NCBI GenBank assembly: GCA_017427405.1
Contig: JAFRSV010000010.1
Location: forward strand, 2,908-66,907
Length of the DNA stretch: 64,000 nucleotides
Direction: 5' to 3'
From: Alphaproteobacteria bacterium
Lineage (GTDB): Bacteria; Pseudomonadota; Alphaproteobacteria; Rs-D84
The translations under genes were made by a program, and so were the position numbers. This document shows, one piece after another, positions 49,577 through 60,057 of the stretch. Position 1 is the first letter of the stretch. Every line of letters starts with the position of its first letter. The notes under the pieces were generated by a model. It did not search any database. It worked only from the letters and a program-made list of their open reading frames with translations, and was not told the DNA's origin.

Positions 49577-50044
49577 TTATGACTTTAACAACCGGGCGCG
49601 GGATTTTTCCCATTCGCGACGTTTTATTGTTTCACGTTTATCCGCGCGGTTTTTACCGTGACCGATGCCCAGCAATACTTTTAGCCGGCCATGATTATTG
49701 AAATAGAGTTTTAATGGAAATATGGTTGCGCCGCGGTCATTTAGCCGCCCAATCATGCGGTTTATCTGCGCCCGGTGCAACAGCAACCTGCGCGGGCGGC
49801 GTTCGTCAAAGTTCGTGATGCGCGCCGCGGTGGGCAGTTTCTGAATCTCTATACCCGCAAGGTATAAATCTGTTCCGCGTTTTTGCACAAACCCATCAAC
49901 AATAGTGACCAGGCCGTAACGAAGTGACTTAACCTCGGCCCCCGTAAGTTCGATGCCCGCCTCTATCGTATCTTCGGTAACATAACTGAACCGCGCTTTG
50001 CGGTTTTCAGAAACAGGGCCAAATTTTATCATACTGCGTGGCAT
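49577..50044 (-). CDS. smpB: SsrA-binding protein SmpB
   Basis: NRKARF, EAGIELTGAEVKSLR, RPRRLLLH, DKRETIK. Confidence 0.95.
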   Translation of the reverse strand: MPRSMIKFGPVSENRKARFSYVTEDTIEAGIELTGAEVKSLRYGLVTIVDGFVQKRGTDLYLAGIEIQKLPTAARITNFDERRPRRLLLHRAQINRMIGRLNDRGATIFPLKLYFNNHGRLKVLLGIGHGKNRADKRETIKRREWEKSRARLLKS

Positions 50045-50045
50045 A

Positions 50046-50813
50046 TTAAATCTTTATCTTTGGATAGAGTTTTTTTACGTTTTCCATTACTATATCACAC
50101 ATTTTTTCAAATGAAACATTTTTTATTTCCGACAAAACACGCGTCGTCTCAATTACATAGGCCGGTTCGCAAATTTTACCACGGTATGGAACGGGCGCGC
50201 AATATGGGCTGTCGGTTTCGACGACCAATCTGTCGATTGGAATCCGCGAAAATGTGTCACGAATATCGGCCGCGTTCTTAAAGGTTAAAATGCCACTTGC
50301 CGAAAAATAGTATCCGCGGTCCAGCATTTTTTTCGCCAAATCATAACCCGATGTAAAGCAATGCATAACACCATAAATGTCGGGATATCGTGACAAAATT
50401 TCAAATGTATCACTTTCCGCATCGCGCGTATGAATTGCAACCGGAAGTCCGGCACGCCGTGCCATTTCCAGTTGCCGTTCAAACAGTTCAATTTGCGCAT
50501 CGCGCGTGTCGGCCGACATTTCATGATAATCAAGTCCGATTTCACCAACCGCCAAAACGCGCGAATCCCCCAAAATTTCGTCCGTGATATAATCCGCCGG
50601 ATTTGTTCCCGCATGTTCGGGGTGAATTCCAATTGTCGCAAAAACATTATCGTGCGCATGTGCCAACTTTATCGCCGGCAAAATATCCACCGGGTCCGCC
50701 GTCGGGCATATCATATATTTTACACCCGCCGCAACCGCACGCGCCATGACACCTTCCGCACCACCAACAGATGAAAAATCGTATGTTAAATGACAATGTG
50801 TATCTATAAGCAT
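50046..50813 (-). CDS. TatD family DNase
   Basis: DTHCHL, GIHP, GEIGLDY, HTRDA, HCF, ETDSPY. Confidence 0.93.
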   Translation of the reverse strand: MLIDTHCHLTYDFSSVGGAEGVMARAVAAGVKYMICPTADPVDILPAIKLAHAHDNVFATIGIHPEHAGTNPADYITDEILGDSRVLAVGEIGLDYHEMSADTRDAQIELFERQLEMARRAGLPVAIHTRDAESDTFEILSRYPDIYGVMHCFTSGYDLAKKMLDRGYYFSASGILTFKNAADIRDTFSRIPIDRLVVETDSPYCAPVPYRGKICEPAYVIETTRVLSEIKNVSFEKMCDIVMENVKKLYPKIKI

Positions 50814-51706
50814 TTTTGTATTTCCAATATAATTTTGAATAATGAAATTTCCGGTTCCAAATTCACACGTGCAATATCCGCGATTGCCTTTGTCGCCACC
50901 GGATACAATTCCGCCAAATTAAAGTGTGCGATTACATCCAACAAAATTCCATAAAGTTCCGGGTTCGGCGCAATTTGCCGGGCGATATTCATTGCGTCAG
51001 ATGGTAATGCACGCGGGTTTGTCACAAATTCAATCACGTGTTCATAAATTGCATCGCCACCCGATTGCTTTAGGTTCGCAATGCGCCCAAACGACCCATT
51101 AGCAAGACGCAATGTTTCATCATCAAAACTCTCGTCCGGCATAAATCGCGCACAAAGACGGCGCAAATCCGAAATCGAAAGTGGTCGCATTTTTTCAACG
51201 CGCGAACGTGAACGCACCGTGGGCAGAACACTGGATAACTGATGCGTGACAAGTAAAAATAATGTTTTTGCCGGTGGTTCTTCCAATAATTTCAAAATCG
51301 CGTTCGCCGCCGCGGTGGTTAGCGCATCCACGGAATCAATCAGCACCACGCGCCACCCGCCCGACATGGACGAAAGTTGCATTTTTTCAATCGCGCCACG
51401 CACAGTATAGACCGAAATCGATTTGCCGTCCGATTTCACACGGCCGTCTTTATCGATATTGCGGTCCAGGTCAATTATGAAAAAATCGCCAACATTGCCG
51501 TAAACCATCCGCGCGATTTGGTATGCAAGTGTCGCCTTGCCAATGCCACGTGGCCCGCACAACATCCACACGGGATGCAACGGATGCGTTTCGCGATTTT
51601 GCCATGCATCCATAAACGCGCGCAGTGTTGCATCATGTCCGATTGTGTTATTATTATCCATCGGATGCGGAAATTCGTAAACGGGTATGCCTGATTTACG
51701 CACCAT
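50804..51706 (-). CDS. holB: DNA polymerase III delta' subunit
   Basis: GPRGIGKATLA, AANAILKLLEEPP, LPTVRSR; dacA-holB-tatD synteny. Confidence 0.9.
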   Translation of the reverse strand: MVRKSGIPVYEFPHPMDNNNTIGHDATLRAFMDAWQNRETHPLHPVWMLCGPRGIGKATLAYQIARMVYGNVGDFFIIDLDRNIDKDGRVKSDGKSISVYTVRGAIEKMQLSSMSGGWRVVLIDSVDALTTAAANAILKLLEEPPAKTLFLLVTHQLSSVLPTVRSRSRVEKMRPLSISDLRRLCARFMPDESFDDETLRLANGSFGRIANLKQSGGDAIYEHVIEFVTNPRALPSDAMNIARQIAPNPELYGILLDVIAHFNLAELYPVATKAIADIARVNLEPEISLFKIILEIQKCL

Positions 51707-52882
51707 TTAACGCCCCACCAGCATTGTGACAATGTTACGCCATGCGCGACCAAAAAAACGCACACGACGAACATCAGATTTTGCAACCAAATTCGTTCGT
51801 GCGATAACATTACCGTCGCGTTCGGCGATAACCTGGCCCAATACGTCGCCGGCATGAATTGGCGCGGGCATCGGGTCAGTGTACCGCGCAAGCACGCGAA
51901 CACCATTCAAACCGTTTTCCTTTGGCATGGTAATTGCAAATGTCCGGTCAACCGTTGCGATAACCGTATCGTCGCGCCCGTACCAGACCGGCACCGCCGT
52001 CACATCGTCACCCGGACGATAGAAAACCCGTGTCATCGTGGTATTAAACCCATGATTCAGCAGCGATTTCATTTCCGCCGCCAATGCATCATGACCCTTG
52101 CCATGAAAACCGTTTATAACACCAATCAGACGGCGGCCGCCGGCGGTAGCACTTGCCACCATGCCGTATCCGCCCTTGTCCGTGTGCCCGGTTTTCAATC
52201 CGTCCGCGCCCGGCATAATGAAAAGCAGTTTATTATAATTCACCGTGTGCGTTTTGCCCCAATCGCGACACCAATCTGTTTTATATTCGCCGAATTCAAA
52301 CCGCCGCGTTGCAAACATCGGATACAAATCGGGATAATCCGAAATTATATGGTACGCAAGTGTGGCAAGTTCGCGACTGGTCATCAAATTTTTGTCATTG
52401 GGAAGTCCACTTGCATTGCCAAATGTCGATTCCGGCATGCCAATCGCGCGCGCCTTGGCCGTCATCATATCGGTAAATTTTTCCTCTGTTCCCGCCAACT
52501 TTTCCGCAACGACGACGGACGCGTCACCGCCCGACAAAACAATCAGCCCCAAAATCAGGTCACGAACGGAAATATCCTGGCCGGCGGAAAGGCAAATCTT
52601 GCTTGCCGGGTACCAAACTGGATCCTGGTAATCCGCGTTTTTGCCAACCGGGAAACGGTCATCCAAAGATATTTGACCGGATTTTACCCCGTCAAACAAA
52701 ACAGCCAATGTCATCAGTTTCAACATTGACGACGGCGGCATAAGTTCATCCGCAGATTTGGATACAATTTCCGCCCCGGAATCATAGTCCATCAAAAATA
52801 CGGATTTTGCCTTAGTTTTATATTCCGCAAATGCCGGTGCGGCGCAAAGAATCAATAAAAATGCGAAGATTTTTTGTTTCAT
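51707..52882 (-). CDS. dacA: D-alanyl-D-alanine carboxypeptidase (PBP5/6, S11 family)
   Basis: SMLK, SGG in place of SxN, GLKTG. Confidence 0.88.
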   Translation of the reverse strand: MKQKIFAFLLILCAAPAFAEYKTKAKSVFLMDYDSGAEIVSKSADELMPPSSMLKLMTLAVLFDGVKSGQISLDDRFPVGKNADYQDPVWYPASKICLSAGQDISVRDLILGLIVLSGGDASVVVAEKLAGTEEKFTDMMTAKARAIGMPESTFGNASGLPNDKNLMTSRELATLAYHIISDYPDLYPMFATRRFEFGEYKTDWCRDWGKTHTVNYNKLLFIMPGADGLKTGHTDKGGYGMVASATAGGRRLIGVINGFHGKGHDALAAEMKSLLNHGFNTTMTRVFYRPGDDVTAVPVWYGRDDTVIATVDRTFAITMPKENGLNGVRVLARYTDPMPAPIHAGDVLGQVIAERDGNVIARTNLVAKSDVRRVRFFGRAWRNIVTMLVGR

Positions 52883-52987
52883 GATGTGTGTATAATAACA
52901 ATATCCTTTCGCTTTTCAAACGATTTTTTTAATTTGCTTTTTATATTTTATGGGAATAGAATGCAACGGCAAAAAAAGGGGGCGGAT

Positions 52988-53872
52988 ATGTTTGATACGG
53001 AAAAATTAAAATCTTTTTCTTGGATAAATGTTGGGAACCCCGATCATGATGATTTTGAAAAACTGCAAGACGAATACAAGATTGATGAAGATACCATTTC
53101 CGACATTTTGGACCCCGACGAACAACCCCGCATAGAGGTTGAAGATGATTACAAGGTTATAATTGTCCGCTTTCCTATTGTTAACCGCGAAACTGATACA
53201 CAATGGCACACGGAACCGTTGTCCATTATTTATTCGACAAATCGCGTTATTACCGTTTGTCGCAAGCGGTGCGATATTTTGGATAAGATAAAGAAATCTG
53301 AAAAAACATCGCGCGAAGAATTTATTTTGAACATTATGTATTATATCGCGGAATCATACCTGCGTTGTTTAAAAGAACTGAATCGCCGCGTGGTGGAATC
53401 CAAGAAAAACTTGCAACAGCAAATAAGAAAGCGCGAATTACTGGCATTACTTGACGTGGAAAACAGTTATACACTTTATATGACCGGACTAAAAGGCAAC
53501 CTTTCGGTGTTGGATAAATTGGAAAAGGTGCGCGGGTTTGCAAAAACCGATGAATGCGTGGAATTGGTCGAAGATTCACGGATTGAATTATCCCAGGGCA
53601 TAGAGGTCGTGACCAGTTATACGAAAATGCTAAAATCCATCAAGGAAACATTTGAAAGCGTCATCAATATGGATTCAAACACATACATTAACCGCCTTAC
53701 TATGTGGAACATTATTTTAATGTTGCCGACACTGGTTGTGGGGTATTATGGAATGAATGTTGCCCTGCCCTTTGCGGAACATGGCGATACCGGGGTTGTT
53801 ATTTTTGCGCTTATTATGGCGTTGCTTTTGGGCTATGCGCTGTTTATCTTTATCCGCCGGCGGATTATTTAA
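52988..53872 (+). CDS. corA: CorA family Mg2+ transporter
   Basis: LDPDEQPRIE, PTLVVGYYGMNV, two C-terminal TM helices. Confidence 0.9.
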   Translation: MFDTEKLKSFSWINVGNPDHDDFEKLQDEYKIDEDTISDILDPDEQPRIEVEDDYKVIIVRFPIVNRETDTQWHTEPLSIIYSTNRVITVCRKRCDILDKIKKSEKTSREEFILNIMYYIAESYLRCLKELNRRVVESKKNLQQQIRKRELLALLDVENSYTLYMTGLKGNLSVLDKLEKVRGFAKTDECVELVEDSRIELSQGIEVVTSYTKMLKSIKETFESVINMDSNTYINRLTMWNIILMLPTLVVGYYGMNVALPFAEHGDTGVVIFALIMALLLGYALFIFIRRRII

Positions 53873-54423
53873 TTTAACGCAGTCAATATTTTTGCAAAGT
53901 TTTTATCCGCATCTGGGTCGGTCACATCAATATCGGAAAACTTTATCCCGGGTGCGGTTCGCAACCATTCAATCGCTGGCATCGTTATGTGCCAAAAATT
54001 ATCAAGTCTGCGACGGATAACCGCCGTGTCCGCGTCATCCGCACGACCGCCGCCTTCACGCACGCGCTTTTCAATGCGGGCAATCATGACCGATTCCGGC
54101 ACATTAAGATATATCACACGAATATCGAATTTGTTTAAATAATTTTCGACAATCCATTTTGCCTGGCCTACGGTCCTTGGGAAACCGTCAAGAATCATAT
54201 CGGAATCCGTATTAAAATGCGTGGCAAGTAATTCAAATAAATCACCATCCGCCACCAATTCGCCGCGTGCGATAATCCCCGCAAGTTTCGATTCCGGTGG
54301 CAACGCGCGCAATATTGCACCCGTTTCAATGTATTCGTATTTTCCGCGTTCCATAAGACGACGCGCAAATGTGCCCTTGCCCACACCTTGGCCACCCATC
54401 AAAAGAATCATTTTTGGTTTCAT
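53869..54423 (-). CDS. Adenylate kinase family protein (short LID)
   Basis: GGQGVGKGT, ETGAILR, LDGFPRT, GRADD, IRRRL. Confidence 0.85.
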   Translation of the reverse strand: MKPKMILLMGGQGVGKGTFARRLMERGKYEYIETGAILRALPPESKLAGIIARGELVADGDLFELLATHFNTDSDMILDGFPRTVGQAKWIVENYLNKFDIRVIYLNVPESVMIARIEKRVREGGGRADDADTAVIRRRLDNFWHITMPAIEWLRTAPGIKFSDIDVTDPDADKNFAKILTALN

Positions 54424-54462
54424 CGTATTTTCTCTTTTTGTCGCGCTTATTATACCATAAAA

Positions 54463-54486
54463 AAATCCCCATAGCCATGGGGATTT
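54463..54486 (-). terminator. Terminator after rpsA
   Basis: aaatccccat-agcc-atggggattt with adjacent A run. Confidence 0.65.
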
Positions 54487-54513
54487 GTAATTTTTTTGAA
54501 AACCGTCGCAAGA

Positions 54514-56202
54514 TTATTTCTTGCTGTTTTCGATGGCGGCGCCAAGAATATCGCCAAGGACGGAACCACTGTCGGCCTCGTTCGCGTATTCTTTGACCGC
54601 TTGCTTTTCAAGTGTCACCTGAAGCGCGCGGATGGACAATTTAACATTGTTGCCTTCCACGGATACCACAGATGCCTCTACCGTGTCACCAACATGGAAC
54701 TTGGATGTATCCTGTTCGGATTTTTCACGCGACAAATCGGTACGGCGGATTGTACCCTTAATATCATTCGGTAAATCCAAAATCAATTCGTCGGGTGTGA
54801 CCGCGGAAACCGTCCCGGACAAAACCGCACCTTTCTTGATAGATGCCGCATTGTTGTCCGCGCCCGCCGTCAATTGTTTAATACCCAATGTGACACGTTC
54901 TTTTTCCGGATTGATGTCCAAGATTTTTGCCGTCACTTCTTGGCCACGGACGAATTTTTTCAATTCTTCTTCGTCAAGGCGATTCCAAGACAGGTCGGAA
55001 ATATGAACCATACCGTCCAATTCCGGTGTCAGCGCCACAAACAACCCAAATTCGGTTGTATTCTTAATCGGCCCGGTGATAACATCGCCGACATTGTGTG
55101 TTTCGGCAAATTGCTTCCACGGGTTTGGTTGCAATTGTTTATACCCCAATGAAATACGGCGTTTTTCTTGGTCGATATCAAGGACCATAACGTTGACTTC
55201 CTGGCCATTTTGGAGAACCTTGGACGGGTGGATATTTTTGTTCGTCCATGAAAGTTCGGACATATGGACCAAACCTTCGATATTGTTCCCCAGGTCGATA
55301 AATGCACCGTAATCGGTGACCGATGAAACCTTGCCGGTGACGGTATCGCCAACATTGAATGCGCGTGATGCGGTTTCCCACGGGTCTTCTTCCAATTGTT
55401 TCGCCCCCAGTGAAATACGATGCGTTTCCGGGTCGAATTGGATAACCTTGACCTTAATCTTTTCGCCAACATGCACCAATTCGCGCGGATGATTCACACG
55501 CTTCCAAGACAAATCTGTCACGTGTAGCAAACCATCGATACCGCCCAAATCGATAAACACGCCGTAATCGGTGATGTTCTTGACCGTTCCTTCCAAAACC
55601 GCGCCAAGTTCAATGTTCTTTAACGCCTCTTTCTGGGCGGCGGCGATTGTATCAGATTGTATCGCGCGACGGGAAACAATTGCGTTTGTGCGCAACGCAT
55701 CCATTTTTAATACGCGGAATTTGTCCTTTAATCCAATCATAGATTTTGCATCGCGGATTGGTTTATGATCAACCTGAGATGACGGCATAAACGCAAACAC
55801 GCCGTTGATATCAACGGTATATCCACCACGAACGACATCGATAATTGTACCCTCTGGGTCGATGCCTTCGGCAACCATTTTTTCAAGTTCTTTCCATGCC
55901 TTTTCGGCGCGCGCCTTGGCATAGGATAGAACCGCCGTTCCTTCACGTGATTCATAACGTTCAACGAACACGTCGATAATGTCGCCAACGGATGGAACCG
56001 ATGCGCCAAATTCTTTGAGTGGCACGCGACCTTCGGATTTAAGGCCAACATCAACCAACACGAAATCGCCACGAATATCCTTGACCGTGCCCTTGGTTGC
56101 GTATCCCTGAAGTGTTTCTTGTTTGCCATAGTTTTCATCAAACATTTTGACGAAATCTTCCCCAGCAATAGGGTTAAATAAATCTTTGGATAAATCTTTC
56201 AT
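54514..56202 (-). CDS. rpsA: 30S ribosomal protein S1
   Basis: Six S1 domains: DVGLKSEG, VKNITDYG, GLLHVTDLSW, RRISLG. Confidence 0.97.
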   Translation of the reverse strand: MKDLSKDLFNPIAGEDFVKMFDENYGKQETLQGYATKGTVKDIRGDFVLVDVGLKSEGRVPLKEFGASVPSVGDIIDVFVERYESREGTAVLSYAKARAEKAWKELEKMVAEGIDPEGTIIDVVRGGYTVDINGVFAFMPSSQVDHKPIRDAKSMIGLKDKFRVLKMDALRTNAIVSRRAIQSDTIAAAQKEALKNIELGAVLEGTVKNITDYGVFIDLGGIDGLLHVTDLSWKRVNHPRELVHVGEKIKVKVIQFDPETHRISLGAKQLEEDPWETASRAFNVGDTVTGKVSSVTDYGAFIDLGNNIEGLVHMSELSWTNKNIHPSKVLQNGQEVNVMVLDIDQEKRRISLGYKQLQPNPWKQFAETHNVGDVITGPIKNTTEFGLFVALTPELDGMVHISDLSWNRLDEEELKKFVRGQEVTAKILDINPEKERVTLGIKQLTAGADNNAASIKKGAVLSGTVSAVTPDELILDLPNDIKGTIRRTDLSREKSEQDTSKFHVGDTVEASVVSVEGNNVKLSIRALQVTLEKQAVKEYANEADSGSVLGDILGAAIENSKK

Positions 56203-56350
56203 TATAAATTCATACAAAGTTTGCCGTCGCAGCCATTTTTATTAGAAAAACCACGAGGTCTTGCGGGGTTAATCGGACCGATTCCGCGCCCGCCCACGGA
56301 AATCAGCACGCATTGTATAGATTTTTTTAGCAAAAATCAAGCGTTTTCGT

Positions 56351-56377
56351 AAAAAATCCCCCTTTCGGGGGAATTTT
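56351..56377. terminator. Intrinsic terminator
   Basis: aaaaaatcccc-ctttcg-ggggaatttt. Confidence 0.7.
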
Positions 56378-56392
56378 ATAACGAAACAAACA

Positions 56393-56833
56393 TTATCTTT
56401 CAATGTCTGCAAGTAATTTGATCTTTTTATCAGTTATACTACCCATGATCGCGGTACGGAAATCTGATCTGCGACGGCTTTTCATAATACTTGCGTCAGT
56501 GATTACCCAACGCCGTAAGAAATTGATAGCATTTTCCAAACTCGAATAACTTGCACGAAATAGCCAATCAGACCAAATACTATCTTCGGACTTTGCACGC
56601 AGCCATACATAACGACCATCTACGGCCGGTTTGGGATTACCAGCAAGACTATATTTGCCAAATGTATCGGATTGCATAAGTTGAATTTCCATAATATCAT
56701 CCGTCAAACAGTGTGAAAAATGATCGATATTTTCAATCTTTTCACCATTGTAGTGTGTAACAGGAACATCGTTCACAAACACACCCATAGGATTTATGGT
56801 AAGAATTTGACCTTGGTTTAAATTTTCTAACAT
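56393..56833 (-). CDS. Hypothetical protein
   Basis: 146-aa ORF with AAGGA RBS; ends ADIER*. Confidence 0.65.
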   Translation of the reverse strand: MLENLNQGQILTINPMGVFVNDVPVTHYNGEKIENIDHFSHCLTDDIMEIQLMQSDTFGKYSLAGNPKPAVDGRYVWLRAKSEDSIWSDWLFRASYSSLENAINFLRRWVITDASIMKSRRRSDFRTAIMGSITDKKIKLLADIER

Positions 56834-56927
56834 TGTTTATCCTTTTGGTTTTTACGCACAGCACAATAACACAAATATTTTCATTGTCAAATATTTTTAT
56901 TGTATTGCCACAATTATATGTTTCCTG

Positions 56928-56956
56928 TTGCTTTTTATCGAATTTTATGGTATAAT
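56928..56956 (+). promoter_or_regulatory. Sigma70-type promoter of the tail-fibre-like gene
   Basis: TTGCTT-17 bp-TATAAT with extended TG. Confidence 0.6.
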
Positions 56957-57044
56957 ATTTGATGTGAAAGCGGGCGGGTGTGCCCGTTTTTTTATTTGGT
57001 CGCGCATAATTGCGCGGCCTTTTGTTATAACAAAAGGAGAAAAA

Positions 57045-57908
57045 ATGCAAAAAGTATCATACATGGGAAATGGGGAAACAACGGAATTTACCTTTAATTT
57101 TCCATATTTTGAAAATTCAAATGTTATCGTGACAAAAAACGGCGAACCCGCAACCGGGTACCAGGTTATCGGCACACCGGGCGGTGCGGATGCCGATATT
57201 CCGTATTCGGGTGGCAAGGTTGTTTTTGAAATCGCGCCAACCGCGTTGGACAGTATAACAATCGCGCGTGCCCTGCCCCTGGGTCGCGCAATCGATTATC
57301 AACCAACGGCGAAAATCGATCCAACGACACTGAATCAAGATATGAATTATATGATGGAAGTGTTAAAAGATTTGCAAGATGAATTGGAAACACTGCGCAC
57401 ACAATACGCCGAAATAGCCGACAAAGATTCAACGGCAACACTGTTGGCGCGCATTGCGACAATAAGTGAAGACATCACAACAGTTCGCGCACAAATAACC
57501 GCACTTGGCGACATCAGCACACTGCGCCAAACCGTCACCGATTTATCAACAAATGTCGGAACAATTGATTCCCGCACAAGCAATCTGTTGGATTATGTAA
57601 TCGAAACGCAAATACCAACCGCCGAAAACAACTATACATGGTATCGCAAATATAAAAGTGGTTGGGTGGAACAAGGTGGATATGCAACCACGTCTGGCAA
57701 TACCGGCGCACAAATTACGTTGCCGGTGACAATGTCAGATGCGCATTACCTTATAAATGGAACATGCGATAATAATACGACCGGCGGAGTATTTCATTTT
57801 GTGATTTATGAAAACCAAACAACAAACGGTTTTGTCGCATCACCGGCCTATGCAGGCGAATGGCGAACAGGGGCGTTTTATTGGGAAGTCCGGGGTATGG
57901 CCGCATAA
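57045..57908 (+). CDS. Phage T7-type tail fibre-like protein
   Basis: YMGNGETTEFTFNFPYF N-terminal adaptor, coiled coil, WYRKYKSGWVEQGG...ITLPV...WEVRG tip domain; AAGGAG RBS. Confidence 0.75.
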   Translation: MQKVSYMGNGETTEFTFNFPYFENSNVIVTKNGEPATGYQVIGTPGGADADIPYSGGKVVFEIAPTALDSITIARALPLGRAIDYQPTAKIDPTTLNQDMNYMMEVLKDLQDELETLRTQYAEIADKDSTATLLARIATISEDITTVRAQITALGDISTLRQTVTDLSTNVGTIDSRTSNLLDYVIETQIPTAENNYTWYRKYKSGWVEQGGYATTSGNTGAQITLPVTMSDAHYLINGTCDNNTTGGVFHFVIYENQTTNGFVASPAYAGEWRTGAFYWEVRGMAA

Positions 57909-57973
57909 AAAATATGCCCGTTGAATAACAACGGGCAATATTATCCATTCAAAGACAGGCCAAGAAAAACTAA

Positions 57974-58477
57974 TTATTTTTTATTTCGGTATCCAATAAT
58001 TTTTGCCGGCACCCCTGCAACAATCGCATAATCTGGGACGGGTTTATTAACTACGCTATTAGCACCAATGATCGCACCGCGCCCAATTCTCGTCACACCA
58101 GCAATGATACTTGCATTTGCGCCAATCCACACATCGTCTTCAATAACTAAATCAGAACTATCTACAATGCCGGCAAACCGCATAGGTTTTTGGGTTTGGT
58201 GGAAATCGTGATTAGCCGTGGTAATAACAACATGTGGTGCAATCATGCAATTATCTTTTATTGTAACATTACCCCCATAAATTATTGTATATGGATTCAA
58301 TTGAACATATTTACCGATGACGATTTGTTCACCCGGACCGTTTTGCAAAACACAACCCTCTTTTATTTCGGCGGTTTTATCTATTTCAATAGAACCATTA
58401 ATTTTAAAAACAACATCCTTGGCAATTTTAGCGATGTTACGTTGCCTAAATAATCTCATATCTAAATCCTTTGCCAT
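57974..58477 (-). CDS. Hexapeptide-repeat O-acetyltransferase
   Basis: [31 protein letters not shown]. Confidence 0.9.
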   Translation of the reverse strand: MAKDLDMRLFRQRNIAKIAKDVVFKINGSIEIDKTAEIKEGCVLQNGPGEQIVIGKYVQLNPYTIIYGGNVTIKDNCMIAPHVVITTANHDFHQTQKPMRFAGIVDSSDLVIEDDVWIGANASIIAGVTRIGRGAIIGANSVVNKPVPDYAIVAGVPAKIIGYRNKK

Positions 58478-59265
58478 TCAATTGGAACAACGTCCGTTTT
58501 TCGCCCATCTGCAAACCATTGTAATGGCGCAACAACAAGTTTATTGGGGTTTTGGTTTAACCATGCACCCCACCAAGAAAAACTGCTGTTTGCAATAATG
58601 TTATGTTTACAATTTGCCATCAGCCATATATCCCACGCCGCATCGCAACCATGATTTATATTAACAATAATATGCGGAAAATCAATTTTTAAGTTATCGG
58701 CGACCCATTGTACATCGTCAGAAAAAACGAAAAAGTACGGATTGTTTACATGTTTTGCAACAAAACCCACGGCACGTTTATAATAATCCAAATCACAAAG
58801 ACCATGAATATGTTGCAATTTGACATAATCGCCACGCCGAACATGTATTGATACACTGTTTGTGCCATGTATTAAATCCAAGATTTTTTGATTTTCCGCA
58901 TTTGGTTTTTCCCGTGGCACAAAATCTTGTAATAACCTATCGCGTATCGATTCATAATAATCAGCAACCTGAAAATAACCTTCAACGACACCTGTTCTTA
59001 TTTGTAACAGTTTTGGATTATAGACGTTAAACGGATTTTCAACGATGCTTTTTCTTTTTATAACACCGAAAATTTTCGTCTTATTAATAAGGACAGGATT
59101 TATATTCCAGAAATCTAACTCATATTCACGTTGTGTGGCATTTATGACATTCTTTACTTCTTGGAACCACGATATGTCATATTTTGTTTTAGATTTCAAT
59201 AGCAGCCCAAAAGCATATTGGAACATTTGGTTGCCAAGTCCACCCATAATTCTAATAACAACCAT
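58462..59265 (-). CDS. Alpha-1,2-fucosyltransferase (GT11)
   Basis: [37 protein letters not shown]. Confidence 0.93.
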   Translation of the reverse strand: MVVIRIMGGLGNQMFQYAFGLLLKSKTKYDISWFQEVKNVINATQREYELDFWNINPVLINKTKIFGVIKRKSIVENPFNVYNPKLLQIRTGVVEGYFQVADYYESIRDRLLQDFVPREKPNAENQKILDLIHGTNSVSIHVRRGDYVKLQHIHGLCDLDYYKRAVGFVAKHVNNPYFFVFSDDVQWVADNLKIDFPHIIVNINHGCDAAWDIWLMANCKHNIIANSSFSWWGAWLNQNPNKLVVAPLQWFADGRKTDVVPIEWQRI

Positions 59266-59268
59266 TTT

Positions 59269-60057
59269 TTAACTCTCTATTTTCGCGATTGTTAATCCGA
59301 ACAATTTTATCTTTCTAATGGGTTTATTAAAAATAGCATCATGTACTTTGTGTTGCATATTTCTATCATGAGTCAGGTAATCCAAAATTTTTTGTCGAAT
59401 TCGTTTTACATTATTTGCCTGGATTTCGGCATGCGATACAGATATATTAGTTTTATGCCAACGATATTCCAATAAAACATCTGGTAAATTGTGAATTTTG
59501 GTAACACGTACCATACGCGACCATAATTCATAATCTTCGGCACAAACAAAATCTTTATCATAGACAAAATTGTATTCATCTATCACAGATTTCCTTATCA
59601 TTGTAACAGGGTGCGCCACATAACATCCAACCAATAAATCCAATGCGCCGACATATTCAGGATGTACAGTTATACGGTCCGCATCACCAAACATATGATA
59701 TGACGCAGATAATACGCCACATTCGGGATGAGCATCCATGTATGCCACCTGTTTTTCAAAACGATTTGAATGTGATATATCATCACTGTCCATGCGCGCA
59801 ATATATTCACCATTGGCCAATTCCAACCCAAGGTTGGATGCTGTACTTATACCTTGGTTAACCGAATTATCAATAAATCGTATACGTTTGTCATCATAAG
59901 ACCGGACAATGTCCGCAGTTTTATCAGTTGAACCATCATTTATAATAATAAATTCAAAATCAGAAAAAGTCTGATTCAAAATTGATTCAATCGCTTCGGC
60001 GATATATTTTTCCGCATTATACGCCGGCATAATTACAGATATTTTTGGTGTTTTCAT
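59269..60057 (-). CDS. Glycosyltransferase family 2
   Basis: SVIMPAYN, NDGSTD, ARMDSDD, AEDYELW. Confidence 0.92.
   Translation of the reverse strand: MKTPKISVIMPAYNAEKYIAEAIESILNQTFSDFEFIIINDGSTDKTADIVRSYDDKRIRFIDNSVNQGISTASNLGLELANGEYIARMDSDDISHSNRFEKQVAYMDAHPECGVLSASYHMFGDADRITVHPEYVGALDLLVGCYVAHPVTMIRKSVIDEYNFVYDKDFVCAEDYELWSRMVRVTKIHNLPDVLLEYRWHKTNISVSHAEIQANNVKRIRQKILDYLTHDRNMQHKVHDAIFNKPIRKIKLFGLTIAKIES

Noticed and set aside
51854-52729. Long antisense ORFs (291 aa here; also 26699..27391, 41354..42031, 42355..42999)
   Set aside because: Opposite well-conserved genes and without recognisable motifs; expected from codon bias.
57600-57908. Diversity-generating retroelement target in the tail-fibre tip
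   Set aside because: No template repeat or reverse transcriptase visible in the window.
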